DNA of 63,823 bases, counting the filler, from Licmophora abbreviata (lineage: Eukaryota): the NCBI GenBank assembly GCA_900291995.1. It is 8 parts of 8 records of this genome, joined end to end, with 100 filler letters (N's around TTAATTAATTAA, not from the genome) between each part and the next. Parts side by side here need not be neighbours in the genome. Positions count along the whole stretch, not along the records: positions 33,283 to 43,946 come from OLMU01000238.1; positions 44,047 to 47,503 come from OLMU01000243.1; 6 more parts are not named here. One strand, 5' to 3'. A program made the position numbers and the translations under genes. This document shows, one piece after another, positions 37,072 through 46,370 of the stretch. How positions within the stretch are numbered: the first letter of the stretch is position 1; each line of letters opens with the position of its first letter. The notes beneath the pieces were generated by a model. The model saw only the letters and a program-made list of their open reading frames with translations. It did no database searches and was not told the origin of the DNA.

Positions 37072-38004
37072 CTAGCTACTACCGATCGTAGTCTTGCCCA
37101 TCCAACGTTTGATATGCGGTCCAAACAAATCGACGCTCCACTTGAAGTTCAGCCCGACGAGACAAAATTGCAGTGGCAAGAAAAGGAGCTGTGGATGCAT
37201 CCACGTTCCGGATCTTTCGATCTCCACGTATGCCATGTGCAAGAACAGCATCAGCATGAACGGAAACACAATCACCCGAATGGAAATCCAAGTAATGTAG
37301 AACATCGTCGAAATGATATTGACAAGCCACTGGTCCATTTTTCTCTTCAATACAACCCGACGAGCAATCAAAAACCATGTGTTGACTTCAGAGGACAACA
37401 AGGCACCCATGCACCAACGCAGTTCGGGCCACAGGAATGGTGCCACCACATAGACCACGGCAAAGAAGTGATGCTGCAAGATGAAGAAAAACACAAGATG
37501 AGCGTATTCCTTAACTTCATATCGACCGTCGTTCCCAGTAGTACATACCAGAATAAGGACAGTTGGACTCTTGACGCAATGCGGGACGATAAGCAACCAC
37601 GCAATGTCGACAACAAAGTAGGCAACGACGGAGACCCACAAGTGTATAAAGTAGTAGTCTGTCCAGGCGGCCTCAGGGCCAATAGCCAATTTTGTGTAGT
37701 CCCAGTTGGCAAGAGTGAACGTAATAGTGGGGAGCTGCGACGAGAAGGCGGTAGGAGCGACTGTGTGAGGCGAGGGGTGGTTCCGTAAACGTTCGAGAAG
37801 ATTCGATGCCGAAAGCATTGAGCTTCTTACCAACGCCGCAAGATTGAACAAGTCGTGCAGGTCACGAGCTGCACTGGCTTCGGCTTCGAGATCGGAGCGT
37901 AGTCCGGTCAAGTTTTGGGGCCCAGATTTCTTTTCGACAAGGGGCGCCATGTCCGACAGGGACCTGTCGTCGGAAGGGGTCGGACTGCATTGTCGAGGCG
38001 GCAT
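37072..38004 (-). CDS. TLC domain membrane protein, paralog 3
   Basis: ARDLHDLFNLAAL, YFVVD, LILHH, SEVNTWFLIARR, LNFKW. In-frame introns 37735-37830 and 37474-37548. Confidence 0.85.
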   Translation of the reverse strand: MPPRQCSPTPSDDRSLSDMAPLVEKKSGPQNLTGLRSDLEAEASAARDLHDLFNLAALVRSSMLSASNLLERLRNHPSPHTVAPTAFSSQLPTITFTLANWDYTKLAIGPEAAWTDYYFIHLWVSVVAYFVVDIAWLLIVPHCVKSPTVLILVCTTGNDGRYEVKEYAHLVFFFILQHHFFAVVYVVAPFLWPELRWCMGALLSSEVNTWFLIARRVVLKRKMDQWLVNIISTMFYITWISIRVIVFPFMLMLFLHMAYVEIERSGTWMHPQLLFLPLQFCLVGLNFKWSVDLFGPHIKRWMGKTTIGSS

Positions 38005-38594
38005 CGCTGATGGATCTCGTGCGTAGCTGCAAAAGTTCAAACCCTTCAATGCATCGAAGGGTGCTCAATGGAAAGAGTAGAGCCTTCCTGATCGTTCTTG
38101 GTCGCGTATTATGGTCGAGTTCTCACTGCAACAGGCAAGAGTGTGAACGGACCAAGATCGAAAGTTACACACAAACCGGAAACCAAGACACTAGCGCGAG
38201 GCGCCTGCGTGGCACAAGAGCCAGACACGTCACACGCATGATGAAAGCCAGCCATCCCATAGCTCCGGGTGCCCATCTACCGGATTGGTTGTTGCACAGT
38301 AGCTCCTCATCTCTCTGCAAGCCGATTGGAGGTTTGGGCTACGTTAGGTGATTCGCGTCCCGGTCTACTATGGTCGCCTTCCATCTTCCGAAAATGTAGG
38401 TTGAACCGGGCGGCCATGAGAGTGTGGTCGTGTTGGGTATGTCGAAGGAGGAAGCCATGATCGTTCTCGACGAATGCATGTGTGCCGACAGTACAGGGAA
38501 GCATCTCCATTAAAACGATACCTCGTACAAAAGTTGTAAGTAATCAGTTCGGTCTATAGTTTCATATGAAAGTTTCTGTTTTACAACTCTTGCG

Positions 38595-41060
38595 CTACAC
38601 ATACTCCGGGAACTGGGCTTGCAGGTGCTTCGCCAAAGCGTCTTTACCAGCACCCGGATGAGTCATCATCCAATTTTCTTGCTCGTCCATTACCTCTCGG
38701 AATCCGGGACCTTTCGGTATTCTATGAAACATCTTCTTCATTTCTCCGCCATCCAGCAGAGGTTTTTGTCCCCATACGCCGATAAGTCCCAGCTGTTGTA
38801 CAGCCGCGGCGAAGGCGTCATAACGATCGATGATACCCTGTCGTGTTTCTTCTTGACTTTCGCCAACCTGAAATTTCACGTGGAAGATAGGACATGAGTG
38901 AGAGCCAAATCTTCAAGCAGAAGACTCGGAGATTGATCGTAATCAGAAACTTACCACATCGCCTTCGATGAAGATATCGTCGCTCAGAGAAACAAGCTGT
39001 TCACTCAGAGACAACACCAGCGCAGCGCGCCACAGAGGACCAACTCGGTCGATAACCTTCGACGTGAGCAAACGGAATTCCATTGCATGCGCCCACATGG
39101 GGTCATCTTCCGTCTCGCTGTCAACCTCAGATGATTTCATGCGGCATTTGAGAGTGCCACTTGCTTCGTCACCTTGAAATCTCACTTCGATTCCGCTCAA
39201 CAGAACGGACACGGCCGACAAGTCGCAACCGCTATTAATCAGATTGGTAATGTCATCTGCAGCATTCATGATTTTCCTGACGGCGTCAGCGTCTCGTATT
39301 GGCCGCTTGAGCTCGTTTGTCAGCAAGTTGCAGACGGCAGATCGGCGAGTTTTCTTCCCCGCGCGTCGACCTTGAGTCTTCGCCTGCTCAACCTTCAATG
39401 CATAATCTCGAAATGGCTTGAGGAAGGCAGCGTACCACAAGAGCCGTCGCGCTTCCTCGTCTTCTAAGAGAGACAGCTCTCGAGCTCCATAGGTGCGTGC
39501 GATTTCAGACCGCCTCTTCTCACACCACATGGGCAAATTCACCTTGCAGTCGCAAAGATAATCGTGTGCGGCAGACAAAGACGCCAATCCTTTGGAAAAG
39601 ATGACATCAGGATTCAAGACTTCGTCGGTGCATCTTCCCACTGGAAGTACTGTTTCAATCAAGTGCAGGTTTCGAAGCAACCGCATAGCTCCCACTGGGT
39701 CCGGCGACCGGAGCATCAGGTCGACCTCACCGCCGACTCGTTCTCGCGAAACTTTCTGTGCCAACGCATTGCGTACGCGAATGTCTTGAGCGGCCTCGAC
39801 CAGCGCATCATCCATGGTGAAGCGCAGTCGGGCCGCAAAACGGATCGATCTTAATACTCGAAGTGGATCGTCCAACAGAGTTGTCAGAGGGGCTAATGGT
39901 GTAGCAATTATACCGCGCTGCAGGTCGTCCAGGCCCCTTCCTGTCCAATCTTCAATCTGTCCCGTATTGATGTTGTAAAACAAGGCATTGATCGTCAGAT
40001 CTCTTCGAAATGCATCTTCAGAAGGAGTGCCGATACGCATCAAGTCGGGAATGCGACTATCCTGCGTGTACTCTTCTGCTCGCAAGTTCACAAAATCAAT
40101 CCAGAAGCTATTCACTTTCATCGTCGCCGTCTCGAGATGCTTCGACTTCTCTGGATTCTTTAGAACGACTCCTACCGACACTGTCTTCTTTCCCTGTTGC
40201 TGCAAGTACTCGTTCAGGTGATCTGCAAATTCTCGACCAAGCATGTCGTTGAGGGCAATATCAATGTCGACCGGCTGATTCTGTTCAGCATCGTTATTTG
40301 ATGCATTCATGAGAGCATCCCTCCTCTTAATCACCTTTGTCCCTTGTCGCCCCATTGACGGCTGGTGTTGCTTCTGATGACCGTGCTTCTGCGCAAATTT
40401 TGACGTCAGTCTCTGTGCTACGCCCTTCTTCCAATGATCCGTCTGGCTCAAAGACAGATCCCGCAAATGTGCGTACTCAGGTGTCGCCAAGAGCTTGTCA
40501 CGCACCCATCCACCGGCGACTCGGAGCGTCGTGCCGTCAATCCCAGTGTCTTTTACCACGTGGCGCAGCAATAGAAAGAGTTCGCGCTCCTCCTCCGTCA
40601 GCATAAGAGATGTCGACTCCTGAGACTTGGGAGGTTCCATTTTGTTATTGTTGTGGGTAGAGTACACATTACTAGAGCCACTCGAGAAGGTCGAAGAGCA
40701 TGCACCGTTGAAAGGCTTGGCACTGTCATCCTTCCTGCCATAACTGCTTCGCGGTAGGTCCGACAGGGTGCTCATAGTCGGGACAGGCAATTCGAGAGTT
40801 GCGCCGCCGCCGAAGAATCTCAATTCGCGAGACGAGAGAGTCATAGTCACACTCTTTCGCGCAATTCTCTCGTGCATCGCTGATAACGAAGTCGGTGCAT
40901 GCGAATTTCGGGGAATCTTGACGGCGGCCCGGCCGACCCGTCTGGGAGTCTCTAGAAACGCTCGGCTCTTGCAGGCGAGCCAACCGCAACATGCGGTCAT
41001 CAGTATCCGACCGCAACTGCGCCGCCGACGACGAGAATACGGTTGACCGGCGCTGCTCAT
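38595..41060 (-). CDS. CCA1: CCA tRNA nucleotidyltransferase (class II)
   Basis: LRVAGGWVRDKLL, DIDIAL, KSKHLETAT, DFVNLRAEEY, RRDLTINALFYN, DDPLRVLRSIRF. Intron 38868-38954. Start uncertain. Confidence 0.93.
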
Positions 41061-41844
41061 GAAGAGAACTGTTCGTATTTCTCAGGCTCGATACCTTTAT
41101 GGCCTCTCTCCGTGCTGACTTCAGTTGCGCGCCAGGAAGAACTTGTCCCGCGCGTTTCCGGGTTATGGCGAATCTTGTTGCGATCTGGAGTTCAACAAAG
41201 CACCCACAAAAACGTGTTTCCCAGCTGGAAGTAGGATCAACCGGACTATTCTTTACTTCGGTCGATAGGTGGAGAGACGAGGAACAGTTCGGTGTGATTT
41301 GATCCGATGGAGTCTCCCAGAAATGCCAAAAAGTGTGATGTTTGATGTGCCCATCCTGTTCGGCGGCTGATGTGTGTGAGCCAATTCTCTCCTCTGGCGC
41401 GAACACATCAGCAGAATATCATCGCCATCAGTGCCACGGTACCAGGCGCTACGTCAGTTCTACGGGACCGATCGGACATATGGACAGAAATTCGCACGTC
41501 ATGGCTTCGTTTCATCCGAGAGCGACTGACAGACGATATTGAACATGAGTGACGAAATGGACTCCTTGGAGCTACAAACGTGCTCAATCCCAAGGAGTAA
41601 TTTATCGACGAGAAGGCAGTTACACTGCCCGCTTCAAACCAGAATGTGAATGATCTGTCGACGAGTTTTCGTCGTTCTAGCTAGAGAGATACCAAGAACA
41701 CTCCAGGCAGCTACTAGTAGCTCTCTATCTAGCTAGCTACATCGTTCTTTACACGAATAATTTGTTTGCTTGTCATTTCGATACTTAAGCTCATTGCTGC
41801 TCCCAAACTTATAGTGCAAAATGTATTGGTGGGCATTGCTGAGG

Positions 41845-41850
41845 AAAAAA
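41845..41850 (-). terminator. RNA Pol III terminator (T6) of the permuted tRNA gene
   Basis: TTTTTT on the minus strand, 7 nt after tRNA position 37. Confidence 0.85.
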
Positions 41851-41857
41851 GAACGCA

Positions 41858-41941
41858 CATAAGACCACCACTCTGACCACTGAGTTACACGAGCTTCGAA
41901 AGAAGTGCTCGAGGCGAGGGTCGAACTCGCGACCAGTGGCT
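41858..41941 (-). tRNA. trnI-UAU: Circularly permuted tRNA-Ile(UAU) gene: 3' half 41941-41906, 11-nt spacer, 5' half 41894-41858
   Basis: Minus strand reads AGCCACTGGTCGCGAGTTCGACCCTCGCCTCGAGCA (nt 38-73), cttctttcgaa, then GCTCGTGTAACTCAGTGGTCAGAGTGGTGGTCTTATG (nt 1-37). Swapping the halves gives a 73-nt cloverleaf: acceptor GCTCGTG/CTCGAGC, D stem ACTC/GAGT, anticodon stem GTGGT/GCCAC with loop CTTATGA, T stem GCGAG/CTCGC with loop TTCGACC. Confidence 0.93.
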
Positions 41942-41975
41942 ATTTCAGCGTCCGTACTACAGACAGAAGGGCAAA

Positions 41976-41989
41976 TTTATGTATATAAA
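41976..41989 (-). promoter_or_regulatory. TATA box upstream of the permuted tRNA
   Basis: TTTATATACATAAA on the minus strand; TATATA starts 34 nt upstream of the leader helix at 41953. Confidence 0.65.
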
Positions 41990-42364
41990 GACAAGAGTAC
42001 GACCCAATTCCACTCGCTTTCTCTAGAGGAGATCCACCCTCGCATTACTCCTTCTTAAGAAACAAACTACTCAGGATTCGAAAGAAACTGGACAGTCAAT
42101 TTGCTTATATCGTTCGAATCCAGAACCGGTAGAACGGCCTACTCAGACTGTCCTGAATCTATCTAAAACCGCGGCCGGTACGACCGAATAGTTCACGAAA
42201 GCAAAGGGGTACACCGCATTCACGACATGTAAAATTCCGGATTCCTCTCGCGCTTCTCCAGCAGCGTCTCCACCGCCGCGAGACAAAAGAGGAGACACGA
42301 GACACTGCAGACACAGCCACGATAAGCCATCGATCGTCGACCGCTTTGCCCGTAGCTTCTACCA

Positions 42365-42843
42365 ATGGTAAGTCGCTTTTGCTGTTATGCCAGTGCTCAG
42401 TCCATGTACTAGCGGCGCTGTGGTGGACGACATGTTTCAGATGTTGCCGAATGACGATCTGTCCGACTCTGCACCAGGTGGACTGCCGCCTTGCCCAGGC
42501 GCCCTCTTGCATACCGGTAGACCTGACTCAACGTACCCCGTTTTTGCCACTGCAGATTTTCTATTCCTTCTTCAAGACACTCGTGGGGAAAGAAATTGCC
42601 GTCGAGCTGAAGAATGACGTAGTTTTGACGGGTACCTTACATAGTGTTGACCAGTATCTGAATGTCAAGTTGCTGAATGTTAAAGTGGTGAATCCAGAGA
42701 AATACCCGCAGCTGTGCTCTCTTCAGAACTGTTTTGTTCGTGGTAGCGTTGTACGGTATATTCAAATACCTCCTGAACACGTCGATACGGAACTCTTGCA
42801 AGACGCAGCGCGGAAGGAGAATGCACCTGCGAAAAAGAAATGA
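42365..42843 (+). CDS. LSM2: U6 snRNA-associated Sm-like protein LSm2
   Basis: First exon is only ATG, then intron 42368-42555, then IFYSFFKTLVGKEIAVELKND..GTLHSVDQYLN..CFVRGSVVRY. Confidence 0.95.
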
Positions 42844-43138
42844 GCGGAGTGTCATTGATGAGGCGATTGCGGAAGAGAATGTCATTCAAGACCTTCATGG
42901 GTGGCTGCTGGGGGTTCTCTTTTTGATAGTTGCACGGGGCTTGGTGAGACTGCTTCTCGAACGTCGCTGATGAAGATGACACATTTTATTCGTGATGGCT
43001 TAATGTTCGCAACACAGACGTGTCATAAGACGCTACGAGCAACGATCGCGTCCTTGTTCACGACGAACATAATCATTATGCAGATCTATTGTTATTCTTT
43101 ATGTTGCTAGTTTGGGTATGAACCAAAAGTCTCGCTCA

Positions 43139-43946
43139 TCATGGAGCATTCAAGACTTCGACCGTCAACACCCAAAACTTAGTCCCTACGTGAAGGCCGT
43201 AGGGATTGGCATCCGTGCCCACTTCGCCCGCCAACAGCTCCTCTTGGTACACAATTCGTCCCAGCACATAGTCAGGCGTGCCTTTGATACTGTCCGTTGA
43301 CAAATAACGATTCGGGCAGTTGGAATGGAAGGCCAGATATGTGCGCTTTCCTCCTGAGCCGCGTCCCGTCGGCATAAACAGACCGACGTCGCCAACCTCA
43401 AAGCTCGAGTGGCTAATCTTATCGTTCTGTCTTGGGTCCTCTTTCTTTGCGGCTACCAGAGCGGTTTTCGACTTTCGCGACTCAGCCTTGGCGTCGGCGA
43501 GATCCTTGCGCAGCCTCACAACTTCCGACTCTAGGTCTTCCTTGTCAGAGTCCGTAGTTGCGCCGGTCTTGGATTCTTCAATGTAGGCCCTGGGAGTCTT
43601 GCCTCCCATGCGCTCGAGAGCTTGGCGAAGGACAGCGTTCTCGTAGGCGAGCGTCTTTCGTTCCGCTTCGTCCGCGGTGCCTCCCGACGACGGCTCTACG
43701 ATAATATCGTTTCCGCTGTGCTCGTCGGCACTCACAATAAGTCGCTCCAGTGTTTGTCCTTCTTCTGGTATCGTGCCCGTTCCGACCATGGGTTCTGCTT
43801 CTTGATCACCTCCACTTGACTGATTAGGTGGCTGACTTGCTGCCGTGAGGGAAGACGCACTGCTCAATGCGCTAGCCGGGGCATCGGCGAGAGCATTGCC
43901 CTGCATGTGCGCATCAGACGACCCTTCACTTGTGCGGTTGGTATCC
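43139..43946 (-). CDS. ATG11: Autophagy protein ATG11/RB1CC1, C-terminal fragment
   Basis: Coiled coil followed by the claw domain KISHSSFEVGDVGLFMP..YLAF..YVLGRIV..NPYGL..GTKFW. 5' end lost in the gap. Confidence 0.85.
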
Positions 43947-44046
43947 NNNNNNNNNNNNNNNNNNNNNNNNNNNNNNNNNNNNNNNNNNNNTTAATTAATT
44001 AANNNNNNNNNNNNNNNNNNNNNNNNNNNNNNNNNNNNNNNNNNNN
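43947..44046. other. Artificial scaffold linker
   Basis: N44-TTAATTAATTAA-N44. Confidence 0.98.
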
Positions 44047-44606
44047 CGAGGGAAGAAAAGTAGCGGAGACGTTGGAGGGACCGCCCAGAGTCGTTGACAA
44101 GAAGGCGAGCGCAAGCACGAGAGCGATGAAGCGAGGCTGACAAGAGCATTCTTGGAACAGACAAGCTCGAGGGAGTAAAAAGGAAGATTGCGAGTGTTAA
44201 TCAGGCGAAGCGAGGCGCAGGTAAATCGAAAGAGCCGCAGTAGGACTGATTGCCATGGTCAAGTGAGCGCATCAGCAGCGAAGGAAAAAGAACAGAGCTG
44301 GCTATACGTATCGTACATACATATCTCCAACAAGCCAAGCTCATCCACACCGGAGCCTGCGTCACTGTGGTTGAAACTATACGGAATCCTACGTGAGAAG
44401 GTCAAAATCACTCCGGGTTTTCCCTATCGCCTGGCCGACGTCAGTATGAAATACGATATCGGCCCGTCGCAGACCACACCATGACGACGACGACGACCAC
44501 ATTGCATAGAAAAAGGCGCTGCTGCATCGGTGACGCTCGCTTGACCTCGACTTGTGTTTCTCTTCATTCCATACCAAAGAGCTCGACAGCACCAGACAGT
44601 ACCATC

Positions 44607-46057
44607 ATGCCTCGATCAACGCGAGTCAAGAAGGAACCGGACGAAGAGCCTGCGGTCACGTCGGCAACAGACTCAGACTACGCTTCAGCCAACACCATCA
44701 GTACTACTCGTACTCGTACTCGTACTCGTACTGTTGATGCTGATCATCCGCACGAGACGCCCGATGAGGAGGCAGACGAAGTGGTGCGAGAGATCGAGGT
44801 CTTTCTATCTCCTGCTCTTCAATCGCAACTTCACTTGATTCAGTTTCCACTGCAGCATCACCATGTACCGCTCCCCGACGCCGCGCGCGTGAGGCCACGC
44901 CACGGCATGTTGGAACTGGATCAGCGCATACCGCCCAACGCAGGCACCGACGGGGATACGACCTCACGCACCGAACTCACGTCAGTCACACCATTCCCGT
45001 ATCGACCCACATGGCGCTGGGAAAGTTCGAGTACAGCAGCAATGCGACGACTGCTGCCCTGCATTTGATCCCTCTCTCGCACATTACCCAAATGCGGCCG
45101 ACTTTTGATCACGTCAATGACGGTGACACTACCACGGCACCTACCTCTGTATCAGCAGCAGTATCGGAAGAAGAGGGGGAGGATCAATCCAAACGTAGAC
45201 CGCTCATGTTTCAAAAGAAAGAAACAGAACGAGCCGCCATGGCACGCAAATCTAGCTATGCTTACAAGCGAAACAGTGAAGAGTCGGAAGAGTGGCAAGA
45301 ACTATCCGTTCAAGATAGAGAGAGCCTGGCGTACCGACAAGTGCAGGCGAACATTACGTGTCCTGCACCAAACAATGAGCTGGTGCGATTAGAGAGCGCG
45401 ACGAGTAACCAAGGGGATGCAGACGGCAGCTTTGTGCACAGTCTGGACTATCTGCCGGACGCGGACCCCGAGACAACGGGCCACGAAGTGTTCGACGTCG
45501 ACCAGCCCATGCCCTCCGCATCCGTGGGTGAGGATGCAGATCACCCAATGGGGCCCTTCAGCTCGACTCTTGTCCAGATTAGTATCAAACTGACGGAGCT
45601 GCTTCATCGTGGATGGCCGGTTCCGTATTCTGTGATACGAGCACAATTTCCATCATCGGTCGACGATGTCGACATTATATCGGCGCTCTCCAGCTGCGCC
45701 GTCTTGGTGCGCGGCAACTTTGTGCTACAATCCCGCCTCTTGTCATTGCCGTCAACAACCATGACGCAGGTGCGAACCTTTCTCCTGTACCTGTTGCAGA
45801 CGTTCGGCTACGTACAAAGGACTCGCCTGGACTATGCCTATCGAGAGGATGTTGCTGTTACCTCGGAAGTTCTGTTCGTGTTGCTCGAGCAAGTCGCTAT
45901 CAAAGTGACTAATGGATGGAAACTCAAAGTGGAAGACGATGTGGAGTTCCCCGATCGCTTTCCGGAACAGGCGCAACTGCACGCACAATATTGGGAACGA
46001 CAGGCTACACGGTTCGCGGAGTATGCCAAGGACTACACTGCGGCTCCCGTAAGTTAG
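44607..46057 (+). CDS. POLR3E: RNA polymerase III subunit RPC5 (Sin-like)
   Basis: DEVVREIEVFLS..LHLIQFPL, LHLIPLSHITQMRPTFDH, AVLVRGNFV. Apparent 1-nt deletion in the G-run at 44952-44955. (TACTCG)4 at 44705-44728 encodes a TR repeat. Confidence 0.85.
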
Positions 46058-46370
46058 TGTCTCTTTTGCTTTAGGTATATCGAGGATATGAATAGGCTCG
46101 TAGCGACATTGCGTCTACCTACCTCATCGAGGTTGGGATATGGATGATGGTGGTCCGGGAGGCGAGCGCGATATTGAATATGGTTGCGTAGTAAGATGAG
46201 TCCCGAGTCAGCAATGCTAGTCGTAATCCCGAGTCAGTCCGCATCGGCGAATCTTCGAACGAATCAATCTTTTTCATTGCATCACTCTTTCTTGGCTTCA
46301 CTCTTCTCTCTCGTCGCCGGTCATGACCTTCACTTGGTGGTTCTGTTCGACCTCTAGATTACACTTCAGC

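Noticed and set aside
41906..41965. Reading the locus as an intron-containing tRNA-Tyr (CTGTAG + short intron + 3' half)
   Set aside because: Bases before CTGTAG do not pair with GCCAC, and there is no upstream D arm or acceptor strand. The matching 5' half lies downstream and carries anticodon TAT.
42451..42526. Possible C/D snoRNA in the LSM2 intron (ATGACGA ... CTGA)
   Set aside because: The C box is imperfect, there is no clear terminal stem or rRNA guide, and the CTGAC is better explained as the branch point.
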